DNA of 48,810 nucleotides from a virus. Made by a program: the position numbers and the translations under genes. The notes below the pieces were generated by a model, which was given only the letters and a program-made list of their open reading frames with translations, ran no database searches and was not told the origin of the DNA. This document shows, piece after piece, positions 1 to 9,473 of this stretch (position 1 is the stretch's first letter; every line of letters begins with the position of its first letter). The stretch lies in UHGV virus genome UHGV-1373739, one strand, 5' to 3'.

Positions 1-1
1 A

Positions 2-97
2 AATAGACGTGAGAAAGAGAGGCAGGCAGAGGTTCATGTTATAAGCAAAGAGGACATGAAAGGCTTTGTTGATTTCTTAAAAGAAATTTTTGAATAA
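2..97 (+). CDS. 3' end (C-terminal 31 codons) of an upstream gene truncated by the window edge, ending at TAA 95-97; possibly small terminase subunit given its position directly before terL
   Basis: Frame 2 is open from nt 2 to stop at 95-97 (..NRRERGRQAEVHVISKEDMKGFVDFLKEIFE*); lies immediately upstream of the large terminase. Confidence 0.3.
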   Translation, partial: NRREKERQAEVHVISKEDMKGFVDFLKEIFE

Positions 98-100
98 ACC

Positions 101-130
101 TTGACGAACAATAATTGAATATGGTATAAT
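101..130 (+). promoter_or_regulatory. sigma70/sigmaA-like promoter (TTGACG -35 at 101-106, 18 nt spacer, TGgTATAAT extended -10 at 122-130)
   Basis: Consensus hexamers with TG extension, ~95 nt upstream of terL start. Confidence 0.5.
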
Positions 131-137
131 ATGATAG

Positions 138-198
138 ACAAAACAGATAAGGTTCGGCGTACATCAGATTGTGTACATTTGCCACTTATCTGTTTTGT
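138..198 (+). promoter_or_regulatory. 5' UTR stem-loop: perfect 14-bp inverted repeat ACAAAACAGATAAG (138-151) / CTTATCTGTTTTGT (185-198) enclosing a second small hairpin GTACA..TGTAC (159-176)
   Basis: Inverted repeats read directly from sequence between promoter and terL RBS. Confidence 0.4.
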
Positions 199-225
199 GC
201 ATATTAAAACAAAGGAGCAAAGAAC

Positions 226-1584
226 ATGGATGTAAATATTGAAGTGTCTAACAGATTTGCTTCTTTTCTAACCGACTGGGATTATGAACAATACCTGCTG
301 TTGGGTGGGTATGGTAGCGGAAAGAGTTACCATGTAGCATTGAAGATTATACTAAAACTCCTGGAAGAAAAGAGAACAGCACTTGTTGTTAGACAGGTAA
401 GGGAAACAATCAAAGAATCATGTTTCGCACTGTTCAAAGAAATCCTTGAAAAGATGGGGTTGTTATCAGACGAAGCAGTGAGATTTAACAATAGACCGAA
501 GGGTGGAAAGGTTGTTGCGATTTCTAGTCCTTTGGAAATCCGTTTCCCGAATGGTTCAAGAATAATATTCCGAGGGATGGACAATACGGAGAAAATCAAG
601 TCCATACATGGTGTCAGCATTGTTTGGATGGAAGAGTGTAGCGAAATCCGTTATGAAGCCTATACCGAGTTGCTAGGGCGTATCAGAGAGCCTAGAGTGA
701 CGTTGCATTTTATCTTAACAACAAACCCAGTGGGGAAAGAAAACTGGGTGTACAACACATTTTTTGTGCATACAGATGATAGAGGGAAAGAAAGAATAAT
801 ACAAAGCCCAGATGAGTTTTACAAACGTAGAACATTGGTGAACAAAAAGAATGGTGTTTATTATCACCACAGTTTACCAGATGATAACCCATTCCTTCCT
901 GTTTCGTACATTCGCCGTCTGGATGGATTGAAGAGAACAGACAAACAGTTGTGGGTTGTTGCAAGATGGGGAAGGTTTGGAGCGAATGGAACAAGGGTAC
1001 TTCCGAATTTTGTTGTTGCGAAGGACAGCAGAGAGTTCAAACGGAAGGTGAACAGTATTTCTGCACAATTTCATTTCTTTGGACTTGACTTTGGTTTTGA
1101 AGAAAGTTATAACGCGCTTATAAGTTGTTGTGTGGATGATACAAACAAAATCTTATACATTTATGATGAAATTTATATGAACAAAATAACAGATGATAGA
1201 TTCAGTCAACGGCAGGATGTAAGAGAGGTTGCAGAACGAGCAGGGAGGTGTGAGAAACCAATCTGTGCGGATTCAGCAGAACCTAAAACAATTCAGTTCT
1301 ACAGGCAACAGGGGTACAATATGTACGGTGCAAAAAAATACATTGGAAGTCGGTTACAGAACACAAAGAAGTTGAAACGATTTAACAAGATTGTGTGTTC
1401 TCCTAGATGTAAGAATACAATTAGAGAGTTGAAAGACCTAACATACAAACGAGACTCAAGGGGCAATGCAATCTATGATGAGTTTAACATTGACCCACAT
1501 ACATTCTCTGCATTGTGGTATGCTTTAGATACATACACCGTTGCAGACATAAAGGAAATCAAAACAAACAGCAAAGCAGGATAG
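226..1584 (+). CDS. terL: Terminase large subunit (PBSX XtmB / Terminase_6-like)
   Basis: Walker A GGYGSGKS, Walker B-like VWMEEC, C-terminal nuclease-like region; RBS AAGGAG 8 nt upstream of ATG. Confidence 0.9.
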   Translation: MDVNIEVSNRFASFLTDWDYEQYLLLGGYGSGKSYHVALKIILKLLEEKRTALVVRQVRETIKESCFALFKEILEKMGLLSDEAVRFNNRPKGGKVVAISSPLEIRFPNGSRIIFRGMDNTEKIKSIHGVSIVWMEECSEIRYEAYTELLGRIREPRVTLHFILTTNPVGKENWVYNTFFVHTDDRGKERIIQSPDEFYKRRTLVNKKNGVYYHHSLPDDNPFLPVSYIRRLDGLKRTDKQLWVVARWGRFGANGTRVLPNFVVAKDSREFKRKVNSISAQFHFFGLDFGFEESYNALISCCVDDTNKILYIYDEIYMNKITDDRFSQRQDVREVAERAGRCEKPICADSAEPKTIQFYRQQGYNMYGAKKYIGSRLQNTKKLKRFNKIVCSPRCKNTIRELKDLTYKRDSRGNAIYDEFNIDPHTFSALWYALDTYTVADIKEIKTNSKAG

Positions 1585-1617
1585 TGTTTCATGTGAAACG
1601 AGAGCAGAAAGGAGAAC

Positions 1618-1872
1618 GTGGAGAGAATGAAAACATTGAGAAGTAAAACAAAACAAGTAAAAGACATCAGAGATTTACAGAAACAGAGTTTTGAGAAATC
1701 AACAGATGATTACATGGTAGGTTTATACAATGGGTTGGAAATGGCAACAGCGATTTTGGAAAGTAGAGAACCAGTGTTCTTGGACATTGTAAAAGAACCA
1801 CCAGTGATAGAGAAAAAAGAAGAACAGACAGGAAGAACGATAGCAAGTGGAATAAAAAGGAGGGTCTTGTAA
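1618..1872 (+). CDS. Hypothetical protein (84 aa); alternative ATG start at 1627
   Basis: ORF with RBS AAAGGAGAAC upstream, tightly packed between terL and lysis genes. Confidence 0.45.
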   Translation: MERMKTLRSKTKQVKDIRDLQKQSFEKSTDDYMVGLYNGLEMATAILESREPVFLDIVKEPPVIEKKEEQTGRTIASGIKRRVL

Positions 1873-1873
1873 T

Positions 1874-2191
1874 GTGACAACTGCGGAAATGATTGGAATA
1901 GTTGTTTTGGGTTTAAGTTCGCTCATCGGAATATTTACAGCAGTATATAGACCGCTGAATGAAAACACAAAAGCAATGACTGAACTAACATTAAAAATGG
2001 AACAGCTTGCAGAGAAAATAGACGAGCAAAACAAAAAAATTGAAGGACAAGAAAAAGCATTATTAGAGTATAAAGAACATGTGAGAGATTCACAAAAAAG
2101 ACAATGGGACAAACTAGATGAACATGGCAAAGCATTACAACAAGTAAGTCATGCATTAGAAATGTGTAAACAAGAACATGAAAAGGAGTGA
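1874..2191 (+). CDS. XhlA-like membrane protein (N-terminal TM helix + coiled coil), lysis-associated
   Basis: N-terminal hydrophobic segment IGIVVLGLSSLIGIFTAVY followed by heptad-rich coiled coil; immediately precedes holin and endolysin as in PBSX xhlA-xhlB-xlyA. Confidence 0.5.
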   Translation: MTTAEMIGIVVLGLSSLIGIFTAVYRPLNENTKAMTELTLKMEQLAEKIDEQNKKIEGQEKALLEYKEHVRDSQKRQWDKLDEHGKALQQVSHALEMCKQEHEKE

Positions 2192-2198
2192 CAAACAT

Positions 2199-2429
2199 AT
2201 GTTTAAAAATTGTGTACTTAAACCAGACGTGAATACAATCAAGTGGTGTAAGGCAACAGGAGTAAGAGCTGTTAAAACAATGGCGCAGACATTTGTTGCA
2301 ACGATTGGAACTGCAACAGTAATTGGTGCTGTTGATTGGAAGATGGTACTTTCTGCTTCTGTTTTGGCTGGTATTCTTTCCATAGCAACCAGCGTTGCAG
2401 GAATACCAGAAGTTGAAGCAGAAGAGTAA
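2199..2429 (+). CDS. Holin (two TM segments); ORF-track start 2178, but ATG 2199 has the AAGGAG RBS
   Basis: Two hydrophobic helices (AQTFVATIGTATVIGAV; VLSASVLAGILSIATSVAGI), charged C-terminus EVEAEE, directly upstream of endolysin. Confidence 0.6.
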   Translation: MFKNCVLKPDVNTIKWCKATGVRAVKTMAQTFVATIGTATVIGAVDWKMVLSASVLAGILSIATSVAGIPEVEAEE

Positions 2430-2459
2430 AACAAACAAAACAAGGAGGAAATAAAACGA

Positions 2460-3509
2460 ATGGCATATATGAATGGTATTGATGTTAGTAATTGGCAGAA
2501 AGGTATTAATTTAGCCGCTGTTCCTGCTGATTTCGTGATTATGAAAGCAACACAGGGAACATGGTATGTTTCCCCAGATTGTGATAGACAATATCAGCAG
2601 GCGAAGAAAGCAGGGCGTTGTCTTGGTGTGTATCATTATGCACAGGGCGGCAATGTGCAGGCAGAAGCAGATTATTTTTTGAAGAATGTACAAGGATATA
2701 TCGGAGAAGCAGTGCTTTGTTTGGATTGGGAAGGGCAGGACAACCCAACATTTAACACAGGACGAGACAACGCATGGGTAAAACAGTGGTGCGATTATGT
2801 TTATAGCAAAACAGGCGTGAAACCTATAGTATATATTCAGAAATCTGCATTGAGTAGGGTTTCTGGAATCGGTGACTATGGGTTATGGGTTGCACAGTAT
2901 GCAAACAATAATCCGACAGGGTATCAAGCAAACCCGTGGAATGAAGGTGTGTACAGTTGTGTAATGAGACAGTACAGTTCCACAGGGCGTTTGAGTGGGT
3001 ACAGTGGAAACCTTGACCTTAATAAGTTTTATGGAGACAGAACTGCATGGAATAAATATGCAGGAAAGGGAAACGCAACAAAACCAACTACCCAACCAAG
3101 TACAGGAATGAGCGCACCGTCTGGAACAACATTAGAACTTGTTGTTAAAACAATACAGGGCGCGTTTGGAAATGGTGATGCAAGGAAAACAAACCTTGGT
3201 TCAAGATATGATGAAGTACAGAACATGATTAACCATATTGCGTCTGCGTCTGCATCTGTATTGGCAAATGAAGTGAAAGTAGGTAAGTATGGAAACGGAG
3301 ACATTCGCAAGCAGGTTCTCGGTTCTCGTTACAATGAGGTACAGAACATTGTGAATGGAAGTTCTGCACAGTATTATACAATCAAGAGTGGAGACACCTT
3401 ATCTGGAATTGCGGAAAGGTATGGAACAACATACCAGAAGTTAGCACAGATGAATGGAATCAGCAACCCGAACAAAATCTATGCAGGACAGAAAATCAGA
3501 GTAAAATAA
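2460..3509 (+). CDS. Endolysin: GH25 muramidase + 2x CW_7 (Cpl-7-like) repeats + C-terminal LysM
   Basis: N-terminal [23 protein letters not shown]25 signature; two GNGDxRKxxLGSRYxEVQNxxN repeats; C-terminal [25 protein letters not shown] LysM motif; strong RBS AAGGAGG. Confidence 0.85.
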   Translation: MAYMNGIDVSNWQKGINLAAVPADFVIMKATQGTWYVSPDCDRQYQQAKKAGRCLGVYHYAQGGNVQAEADYFLKNVQGYIGEAVLCLDWEGQDNPTFNTGRDNAWVKQWCDYVYSKTGVKPIVYIQKSALSRVSGIGDYGLWVAQYANNNPTGYQANPWNEGVYSCVMRQYSSTGRLSGYSGNLDLNKFYGDRTAWNKYAGKGNATKPTTQPSTGMSAPSGTTLELVVKTIQGAFGNGDARKTNLGSRYDEVQNMINHIASASASVLANEVKVGKYGNGDIRKQVLGSRYNEVQNIVNGSSAQYYTIKSGDTLSGIAERYGTTYQKLAQMNGISNPNKIYAGQKIRVK

Positions 3510-3515
3510 TCACAA

Positions 3516-3546
3516 AGGGCGGTGGAATATCCGTCCTATTTTATTT
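3516..3546 (+). terminator. Rho-independent terminator after endolysin (AGGGCGG-loop-CCGTCCT + T-rich tail)
   Basis: 7-bp stem with one G-U wobble, 8-nt loop, followed by ATTTTATTT. Confidence 0.5.
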
Positions 3547-3573
3547 GACATCTATTTTTTGTTGTGGTATAAT
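3545..3573 (+). promoter_or_regulatory. Promoter (TTGACA 3545-3550, 17 nt spacer, TGgTATAAT 3565-3573) for the portal/head operon
   Basis: Consensus -35, extended -10. Confidence 0.55.
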
Positions 3574-3597
3574 AAAAAAAGAAAGGAGGGAGAACCT

Positions 3598-5184
3598 TTG
3601 GCAAAGAACAAACAATACACAGTAGAGGTAACAAAGGCATTGGCAAGTTTCCCCTATTTTGTTTTGAAGAATGAAATCACAGCAGGTTATAATCTATATA
3701 CAAAGGAACTGCTTGAAATCAAACAAAATTATCTGGATTACAAAAAAGGTGCAGAGTTCTACACAGAGGGTAGCAGTGGGGATTATCAGCCGTCAGACAT
3801 TCGCTTTAAGATTGCGAAAACATTGATTGATAAGGAGGCACGTTTCATGTTCTCACAGACACCAGATGTATTCATACAATCCGTAGATACAGGACAGACA
3901 GCCATGAAACAGGTGGAACAATACCAGATATTGATTGACAAAGTGTTAAAGGACAAAAAGAACAACTTTCCGAAAACATTGTTACAAAGTGCAAAAGATT
4001 GCTTTATTGGAAAGCGTGTTGCGTGTCTGGTGGATTTTTCCGAGGAAGATGGCATACAGATTCATTTCTATAACAGCTTACAGTTTTATTACGAAACAGA
4101 GTATGGTTCTGACAGATTAACAAAGTTTATCAGCTTTGAAAATGTGAACCAAACAAAATCAACACAGCAGAGATTGTACCTTGTAAATCGGTATGAGGAA
4201 TTGAATGGAACAGTTTACATGAGTTCTATCCTTTACAATGGTTTGGGGGTAGTACAGGAAACAGTGATACCAGAACAGGCAATTCAGTTAGATTACATTC
4301 CTGCGGTTGTGATTGTGAATGACGGAACATTGGAGGACAAAAGAGGTGTTTCGGAGATTGAGAGCCTTACAGAATATGAATCAGGTTACAGCAGATTAGG
4401 GAATGGAGATATTGACAGTGAGCGTAAGGGAATGAACCCAATTCGTTATACTGTGGATATGAACTCACAGACAACAAAGAATCTTAGTTCTGGTGCTGGT
4501 GCTTATTGGGATTTGAAGTCAGAACAAAACCAGAACAATGTTTCGCCACAGGTGGGAACATTAGCACCGAGTATGAATCATACAGAACCAGTGAAGGTTA
4601 CGCTTGACCGATTGAAAACAACTATGTATAATGAAATTGATATGCCAAACATTTCAGAAGAAACAATGGTAGGAACAGTCACAAGTGGTAAGGCATTGAA
4701 AGCATTGTACTATCCGTTACAGGTTCGTTGTGATGAAAAGTTGAAAACATGGAAACCTGCAATCGAGTTTATCGCAGAAGCAATCATTGACCTTGCAGTG
4801 TTAAACAAAGCAGATGTTGTTTCCTACTATGTGTTAACAGGATTGGATGAAGTGCAGTACAACATTGAAGTCATGGAGAATTATGCACTTGCAGAAGATG
4901 AAGAAGAAGAGAAGAACTCAGACCTTGCGGAGATTGCGGCAAATGCACGAAGCAGGAAGTCTTACATTAAGAAGTGGAGACGGTCAGAGTTCAAAACAGA
5001 TGCACAGATTGATGAAGAGTTGATGCAGATAGCGATTGAAAACAATATGTTTGATTCTATGAGTATGAACACACAGGTACAGACAGAATTGAGCAGACGT
5101 GGAGTATCTGAAAAGGTTGACGATAATCTGGAAGTGATTGACACACAGAAAACATTGGAAGAAACACAAGCAACTGAAGAATAG
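3598..5184 (+). CDS. Portal protein (SPP1 gp6-like); TTG start with AGGAGG RBS (ORF-track start 3559 lies inside the promoter)
   Basis: Size ~528 aa, position after terminase, acidic C-terminal region; RBS AGGAGG 8 nt upstream of TTG 3598. Confidence 0.75.
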   Translation: MAKNKQYTVEVTKALASFPYFVLKNEITAGYNLYTKELLEIKQNYLDYKKGAEFYTEGSSGDYQPSDIRFKIAKTLIDKEARFMFSQTPDVFIQSVDTGQTAMKQVEQYQILIDKVLKDKKNNFPKTLLQSAKDCFIGKRVACLVDFSEEDGIQIHFYNSLQFYYETEYGSDRLTKFISFENVNQTKSTQQRLYLVNRYEELNGTVYMSSILYNGLGVVQETVIPEQAIQLDYIPAVVIVNDGTLEDKRGVSEIESLTEYESGYSRLGNGDIDSERKGMNPIRYTVDMNSQTTKNLSSGAGAYWDLKSEQNQNNVSPQVGTLAPSMNHTEPVKVTLDRLKTTMYNEIDMPNISEETMVGTVTSGKALKALYYPLQVRCDEKLKTWKPAIEFIAEAIIDLAVLNKADVVSYYVLTGLDEVQYNIEVMENYALAEDEEEEKNSDLAEIAANARSRKSYIKKWRRSEFKTDAQIDEELMQIAIENNMFDSMSMNTQVQTELSRRGVSEKVDDNLEVIDTQKTLEETQATEE

Positions 5185-5187
5185 TTG

Positions 5188-5215
5188 TTGACATTCTTTG
5201 CAAATGTGGTATAAT
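5188..5215 (+). promoter_or_regulatory. Promoter (TTGACA 5188-5193, 16 nt spacer, TGgTATAAT 5207-5215)
   Basis: Consensus hexamers in the 58-nt gap between portal and Mu-F-like gene. Confidence 0.45.
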
Positions 5216-5242
5216 TGAAGTATAAAAACAAGGCGGTGAAGT

Positions 5243-6211
5243 ATGGCAAAACAAAAGTTCAGTTTGAAAAATGCAGAACAGGTCAGACAAACAACCACCA
5301 TGTCACAACAGAAAGAAATCAAAAGGTTATATGAACAGTTATACCAAGATGTGACAAGGAAGGTTGGACAATTAGGAAACAATAATTTACAGAAACAAAA
5401 CTTGATATTGTTACAGCGTGACATCAAGAATAGGATTGCACAGTTGAACAGTGACATACAGAATGGAATCATCCGAGATATGCGGATAGTTTCAAATGAA
5501 GTTGTGGAAGATACAAGGACATTTCTAAAACAATGTGGTTTTCGTGATGAAGATATACACAATGCGTTTAGTTATGTTCCAGACCAGATTATCAGAAACA
5601 TAACAAGCGGAAATGTATATCAAGATGGGTGGACATTAAGCGGAGCAATATGGGGATATAACAAAAGAACACAGGAAGATTTGAACAAGATTATATCTAT
5701 CGGAACAACACAAGGGAAGTCGGCGGTTGAAATCGCAAGGGAGCTAGAACAATATGTTGACCCTAGTGCAAGGAAATCAGCGAAAACAATTCAGTCATGG
5801 AGATATGACAAAGTGGGAAACAAAACAAAAGACAGTGTATATTTTGGAAAGATTGATTACAATGCGTTACGTTTGGCAAGAACATTGATAAGTCATGCGT
5901 ACCAACAAAGTTTTGAGAATGTAAACAGGAATGACCCTTTTGTTGTTGGGTATCGGTGGTTGACTTCCAATTTTCATGGAAGGGTGTGCGAGATATGCAG
6001 AGCAAGGGCAGAGACAGACCAGTTTGGTTTGGGTGTGGGAGTGTTCCCCAAAGACCAACTACCATTAGACCATCCGAATGGGATGTGCACATTTGAAGCG
6101 GTGATACCAGACAGCATGACAGACATAGCCAGAAAAATAGGGCAGTGGTATCAAGCACCGATTGGAACATACCCAGACATAGATAAATATGCGTTGGATT
6201 TTATTACATAA
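5243..6211 (+). CDS. Minor head protein, Phage_Mu_F / SPP1 gp7 family
   Basis: C-terminal conserved motif ..WLTSNFHGRVCEICRA..DHPNGMCTF.. (HPNCRCT-like) typical of Mu F / gp7 head morphogenesis proteins. Confidence 0.75.
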   Translation: MAKQKFSLKNAEQVRQTTTMSQQKEIKRLYEQLYQDVTRKVGQLGNNNLQKQNLILLQRDIKNRIAQLNSDIQNGIIRDMRIVSNEVVEDTRTFLKQCGFRDEDIHNAFSYVPDQIIRNITSGNVYQDGWTLSGAIWGYNKRTQEDLNKIISIGTTQGKSAVEIARELEQYVDPSARKSAKTIQSWRYDKVGNKTKDSVYFGKIDYNALRLARTLISHAYQQSFENVNRNDPFVVGYRWLTSNFHGRVCEICRARAETDQFGLGVGVFPKDQLPLDHPNGMCTFEAVIPDSMTDIARKIGQWYQAPIGTYPDIDKYALDFIT

Positions 6212-6246
6212 CAAAATGAATAAGAACAGAAGGGAGAACAAAACAG

Positions 6247-6660
6247 GTGAAAGTTAAGAGAGTTTGCAGAAAGTGTGGAGAAATCAATGAAGTTGATTCT
6301 AGCAATTTGATTCGTAAAGATGTGTATGACGAACATGGAACATATTACAAAATAATGTATTGTGATTGTAAGCGTTGTGGAGAGCGTGATGTGGTACAGA
6401 TTGACAGTATAGAAACGTTAGAAATGTTCCGAAAGTTGAAAAGTTTGATAATCAAAGTTGCAAGAAAGAACATGAAAGGTGAAATAGTTAGTCCGAAAGA
6501 TGTTCGTAAAAAAGACAAGTGGATGAAGAATTTACGAAAGAAAAGGGAAGATTTAAATGAATTGTGTAGCGGCAAAAAATTATTTGATGAAAATAAAAAA
6601 GTTGTGGTTGAACAGTTGACATTTCCAAAGGTTGGTGATATAATTGAAAGTGACTTGTGA
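6247..6660 (+). CDS. Zinc-ribbon protein (CxxC..CxxC) with coiled-coil tail, paralog A
   Basis: MKVKRVCRKCGE..YCDCKRCGERDVVQ; GTG start with AAGGGAGAA RBS. Confidence 0.5.
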   Translation: MKVKRVCRKCGEINEVDSSNLIRKDVYDEHGTYYKIMYCDCKRCGERDVVQIDSIETLEMFRKLKSLIIKVARKNMKGEIVSPKDVRKKDKWMKNLRKKREDLNELCSGKKLFDENKKVVVEQLTFPKVGDIIESDL

Positions 6661-6970
6661 TAAGTGTCATAAGGAATTTGACAACATATTGAAGGAGAAA
6701 GAAAAACAGATTGATGAACAGTGTATCATTAGAACATATCTGGAATGCCCGCATTGTGGAGAACAGTATGTTGTTTGTTATGATAGTCAATCCACGTTGG
6801 TTTTAAAGAAACAAATTCGCAGGCACACAGCAATGTTGGGAACAATCAGAGATGAACACCAATACAGAAGAAAGTTAAAAGACATCGAGAAGAAACAAAA
6901 ACGGTTAGAAAGAGAAATGAAAATCTTGCAGACAAAGTATTGCAAATATTTTGAAGAAAAGGAGAATTGA
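6644..6970 (+). CDS. Zinc-ribbon protein, paralog B of 6247..6660
   Basis: MKVTCDKCHKE..ECPHCGEQYVVCYDS aligns with upstream neighbour. Confidence 0.5.
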   Translation: MKVTCDKCHKEFDNILKEKEKQIDEQCIIRTYLECPHCGEQYVVCYDSQSTLVLKKQIRRHTAMLGTIRDEHQYRRKLKDIEKKQKRLEREMKILQTKYCKYFEEKEN

Positions 6971-6972
6971 AC

Positions 6973-7656
6973 ATGGCAGAAGAAGTAAAGGGAACAGGAA
7001 CAGAAGGACAGCAGGGAACAGAAGGAACACAGAATCAGCAGACACAGCAGAGTACAAAACAGCAGACAACGGAAACACAGAAGCAGGAAACACAGCAGAA
7101 AGTCGATGTTGAAAAAGTGAAAAGTGAAGCGTTATCTGGATTCCTGAAAGACCTCGGAGTTGAGGATGCAGATGCTTTGAAAGGGATTGTAACAAAACAC
7201 AAGAAAACGGAAGAAGCAAACAAAACAGAGTTACAGAAGAAGGAAGATGCTTTAACAGAAACAACGAAGGAACTTGCAAGAGAACGTGAGGGAAGAATCC
7301 TTGCAGAAGCAAAGTTGTCAGCAGTTCAGTTAGGAGCAAAACCAGAGTTGGTAGACGACCTTGTGGTTGTTGCAAAAGCAAAGGTAACAAAGGAAAAGGA
7401 CATCAATGCTGTAATTGCAGAAATCAAAGACAGCACATCTGGAAAGGTGTATTTTAAGTCCGATGAAGAAGAGGAAGAAGAAGCAGGAAAGAGCAAAACA
7501 AAAGGAAAGACAGTTACCAGAGCAAGGGTAACAAAACCTTCTGAAAAGTCCAAAGAAAAGGTAGAGGAAGAAGGAAAGGGAGAAGAACATAAAGGCTCTA
7601 TGGCTGAACGTCTGTTGGCAGGACGGAAGGAAAAGAAAAGCCATTATTTCAAATAG
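6973..7656 (+). CDS. Scaffold protein (Q/T/E-rich low-complexity N-terminus, coiled coil, acidic/basic C-terminus)
   Basis: Position between portal/Mu-F and capsid; composition GTEGQQGTEGTQNQQTQQ..; RBS AAGGAG 8 nt upstream of ATG 6973. Confidence 0.6.
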   Translation: MAEEVKGTGTEGQQGTEGTQNQQTQQSTKQQTTETQKQETQQKVDVEKVKSEALSGFLKDLGVEDADALKGIVTKHKKTEEANKTELQKKEDALTETTKELAREREGRILAEAKLSAVQLGAKPELVDDLVVVAKAKVTKEKDINAVIAEIKDSTSGKVYFKSDEEEEEEAGKSKTKGKTVTRARVTKPSEKSKEKVEEEGKGEEHKGSMAERLLAGRKEKKSHYFK

Positions 7657-7668
7657 GAGGAAAAACAA

Positions 7669-8055
7669 ATGTTGAATAACACAGGTATTAAGAAAGAGAC
7701 ATATGGCTCTGGAAAACAGATTCTTTTTGCTGTGGAACACCAAGTTTCAATGGGAATCGTTGTTGACCAGAGTGTAGGAGTAGCAGAGGGAACAAAGAAG
7801 ATTGCAAAGGCAGGAACACCGCTTACTGGAAATCTTGATGCAAGAGGAACAGCGTTTACAGCGGCTACAACTTCAACGGATTCAAATGCAGTAGGAATTT
7901 TGTTACATGATGTTGATGTTACTGTGGATGATAACAACGGAGCAATTCTTCTGTTTGGTTTCGTAAATACAAACATGATTGACAGTACAACAAAGGCGAA
8001 AATTACCGCAGAAGTCAAGACGGCACTGCCAATGATTAAGTTTGTGGCTTGCTAA
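7669..8055 (+). CDS. Hypothetical head-associated protein (128 aa)
   Basis: ORF with AGGAGG RBS between scaffold and major capsid genes. Confidence 0.5.
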   Translation: MLNNTGIKKETYGSGKQILFAVEHQVSMGIVVDQSVGVAEGTKKIAKAGTPLTGNLDARGTAFTAATTSTDSNAVGILLHDVDVTVDDNNGAILLFGFVNTNMIDSTTKAKITAEVKTALPMIKFVAC

Positions 8056-8079
8056 AACAAAGAAAGGGGAAACAAAACA

Positions 8080-9114
8080 ATGAGTATTTATGATTTAATT
8101 ATAAGCGAAGAGATTGTTGCGTATTGGGAATTGCTTACACAGGAGAGAGAACCATACATGGGCGAAGAGTTGTTCCCGGATGATAAGAAGTTAGGACTTG
8201 ACCTTAAATGGTTAAAGGGTTCAAATGGACTTCCTGTTGTTCTGAAAGCGTCTGCATTTGATGTTGCGGCTATTCCTCGTCCGAGAATCGGTTTCGAGAA
8301 GTTAAGTGCACAGATGCCGTTTTTCAAGGAATCAAAGTACATTGATGAAGAGTTAAGACAGGAACTTAACAAGGTTATCGAGAGCAACAATCAAGCGTAC
8401 ATTGACGCAGTAGTAAACAGAATCTTTAATGACGAAATGGATTTGTTAGAGGGTGCGGCGGCACAGAGAGAGCGTATGCGTATGATGGCTCTTACAACTG
8501 GAACAATCGTTATGGAAGGAAATGGACAGGTATATGAGTATGATTACCAGATGCCAGAGAGCCACAAAACAACTGTAGCAAAGTCATGGAGTGACCCGAC
8601 AGCAACAATTATGGAGGATATTCGGAAAGGAATACAGCTGATTGTTGATGATACAGGAGTAATACCAGAAAGAGCAACTTGTTCTTCTAAAGTGTTTGGA
8701 TATTTCAGAATTAACAATGAAATTAAAGCTTCTATCATGGTTATTACAGATGGTGCTGGATTTATTTCTGATGCAAAAATTAAACAGTACATTGCAGATG
8801 AGCTTGGTTTACAGATTGTTGTAAATGACAAGCGTTACAAAGATGAAAAAGGAACAGCACAGAGATATGTTGCAGACGATGTGTTTGCTATGTTTCCAGC
8901 AGGAAAGCTTGGAAATACATGGTTTGGTACAACACCAGAAGAATCTGACCTTATGACAGGAAGTGTTGCAAATGTATCAATCACAGACACAGGTGTAGCG
9001 GTAACAACCATTCAGAAAGCAGACCCAGTAACAGTTGAAACAAAAGTAACTATGATTTGTCTGCCAGACTTCCCAACAGCAGACCAAGTTTATATTCTTG
9101 ATGTAATTGCGTAG
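8080..9114 (+). CDS. Major capsid protein (putative)
   Basis: 344 aa ORF following scaffold, strong RBS AAGGGGA, typical size and position. Confidence 0.65.
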   Translation: MSIYDLIISEEIVAYWELLTQEREPYMGEELFPDDKKLGLDLKWLKGSNGLPVVLKASAFDVAAIPRPRIGFEKLSAQMPFFKESKYIDEELRQELNKVIESNNQAYIDAVVNRIFNDEMDLLEGAAAQRERMRMMALTTGTIVMEGNGQVYEYDYQMPESHKTTVAKSWSDPTATIMEDIRKGIQLIVDDTGVIPERATCSSKVFGYFRINNEIKASIMVITDGAGFISDAKIKQYIADELGLQIVVNDKRYKDEKGTAQRYVADDVFAMFPAGKLGNTWFGTTPEESDLMTGSVANVSITDTGVAVTTIQKADPVTVETKVTMICLPDFPTADQVYILDVIA

Positions 9115-9126
9115 GGGGGAAGTAGC

Positions 9127-9453
9127 ATGGCAATGGTAACGGCAAAAAGAGGACAACATGTTGTGAAAGTGAGCAAACATTCTTATGAGACATTGTTCCG
9201 TAACAAAGGTTATAGGATTGTTGGCGAGGAAGAAGCAAGACCAGAAACAGACATGATTGACACAGAAGAGTTTGAAGAAGAGATGGAAAAAACAGAAGAA
9301 GTGCATGAGGTTGAAACTGTTCCGATTTCAGAAATGAACAAAGAACAGTTAGCAGAATATGCGAAAGAACATAACATTGATACTTCTGGTGCAAGAAATG
9401 TCAGAGAAGCAAGACAGATTATCCAGAAAGCAATCAGAGAAGCGAAGATGTAA
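9127..9453 (+). CDS. Hypothetical protein with acidic centre and C-terminal HeH/Rho_N-like motif
   Basis: MNKEQLAEYAKEHNIDTSGARNVREARQIIQKAI resembles SAP/HeH/Rho-N helix-extension-helix. Confidence 0.5.
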   Translation: MAMVTAKRGQHVVKVSKHSYETLFRNKGYRIVGEEEARPETDMIDTEEFEEEMEKTEEVHEVETVPISEMNKEQLAEYAKEHNIDTSGARNVREARQIIQKAIREAKM

Positions 9454-9473
9454 CAGAAAGGGGGGTGAACAGA

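Noticed and set aside
3559-3597. ORF-track N-terminal extension of the portal (MLWYNKKRKEGEP..)
   Set aside because: Overlaps the TTGACA/TATAAT promoter. TTG 3598 has a near-ideal AGGAGG RBS.
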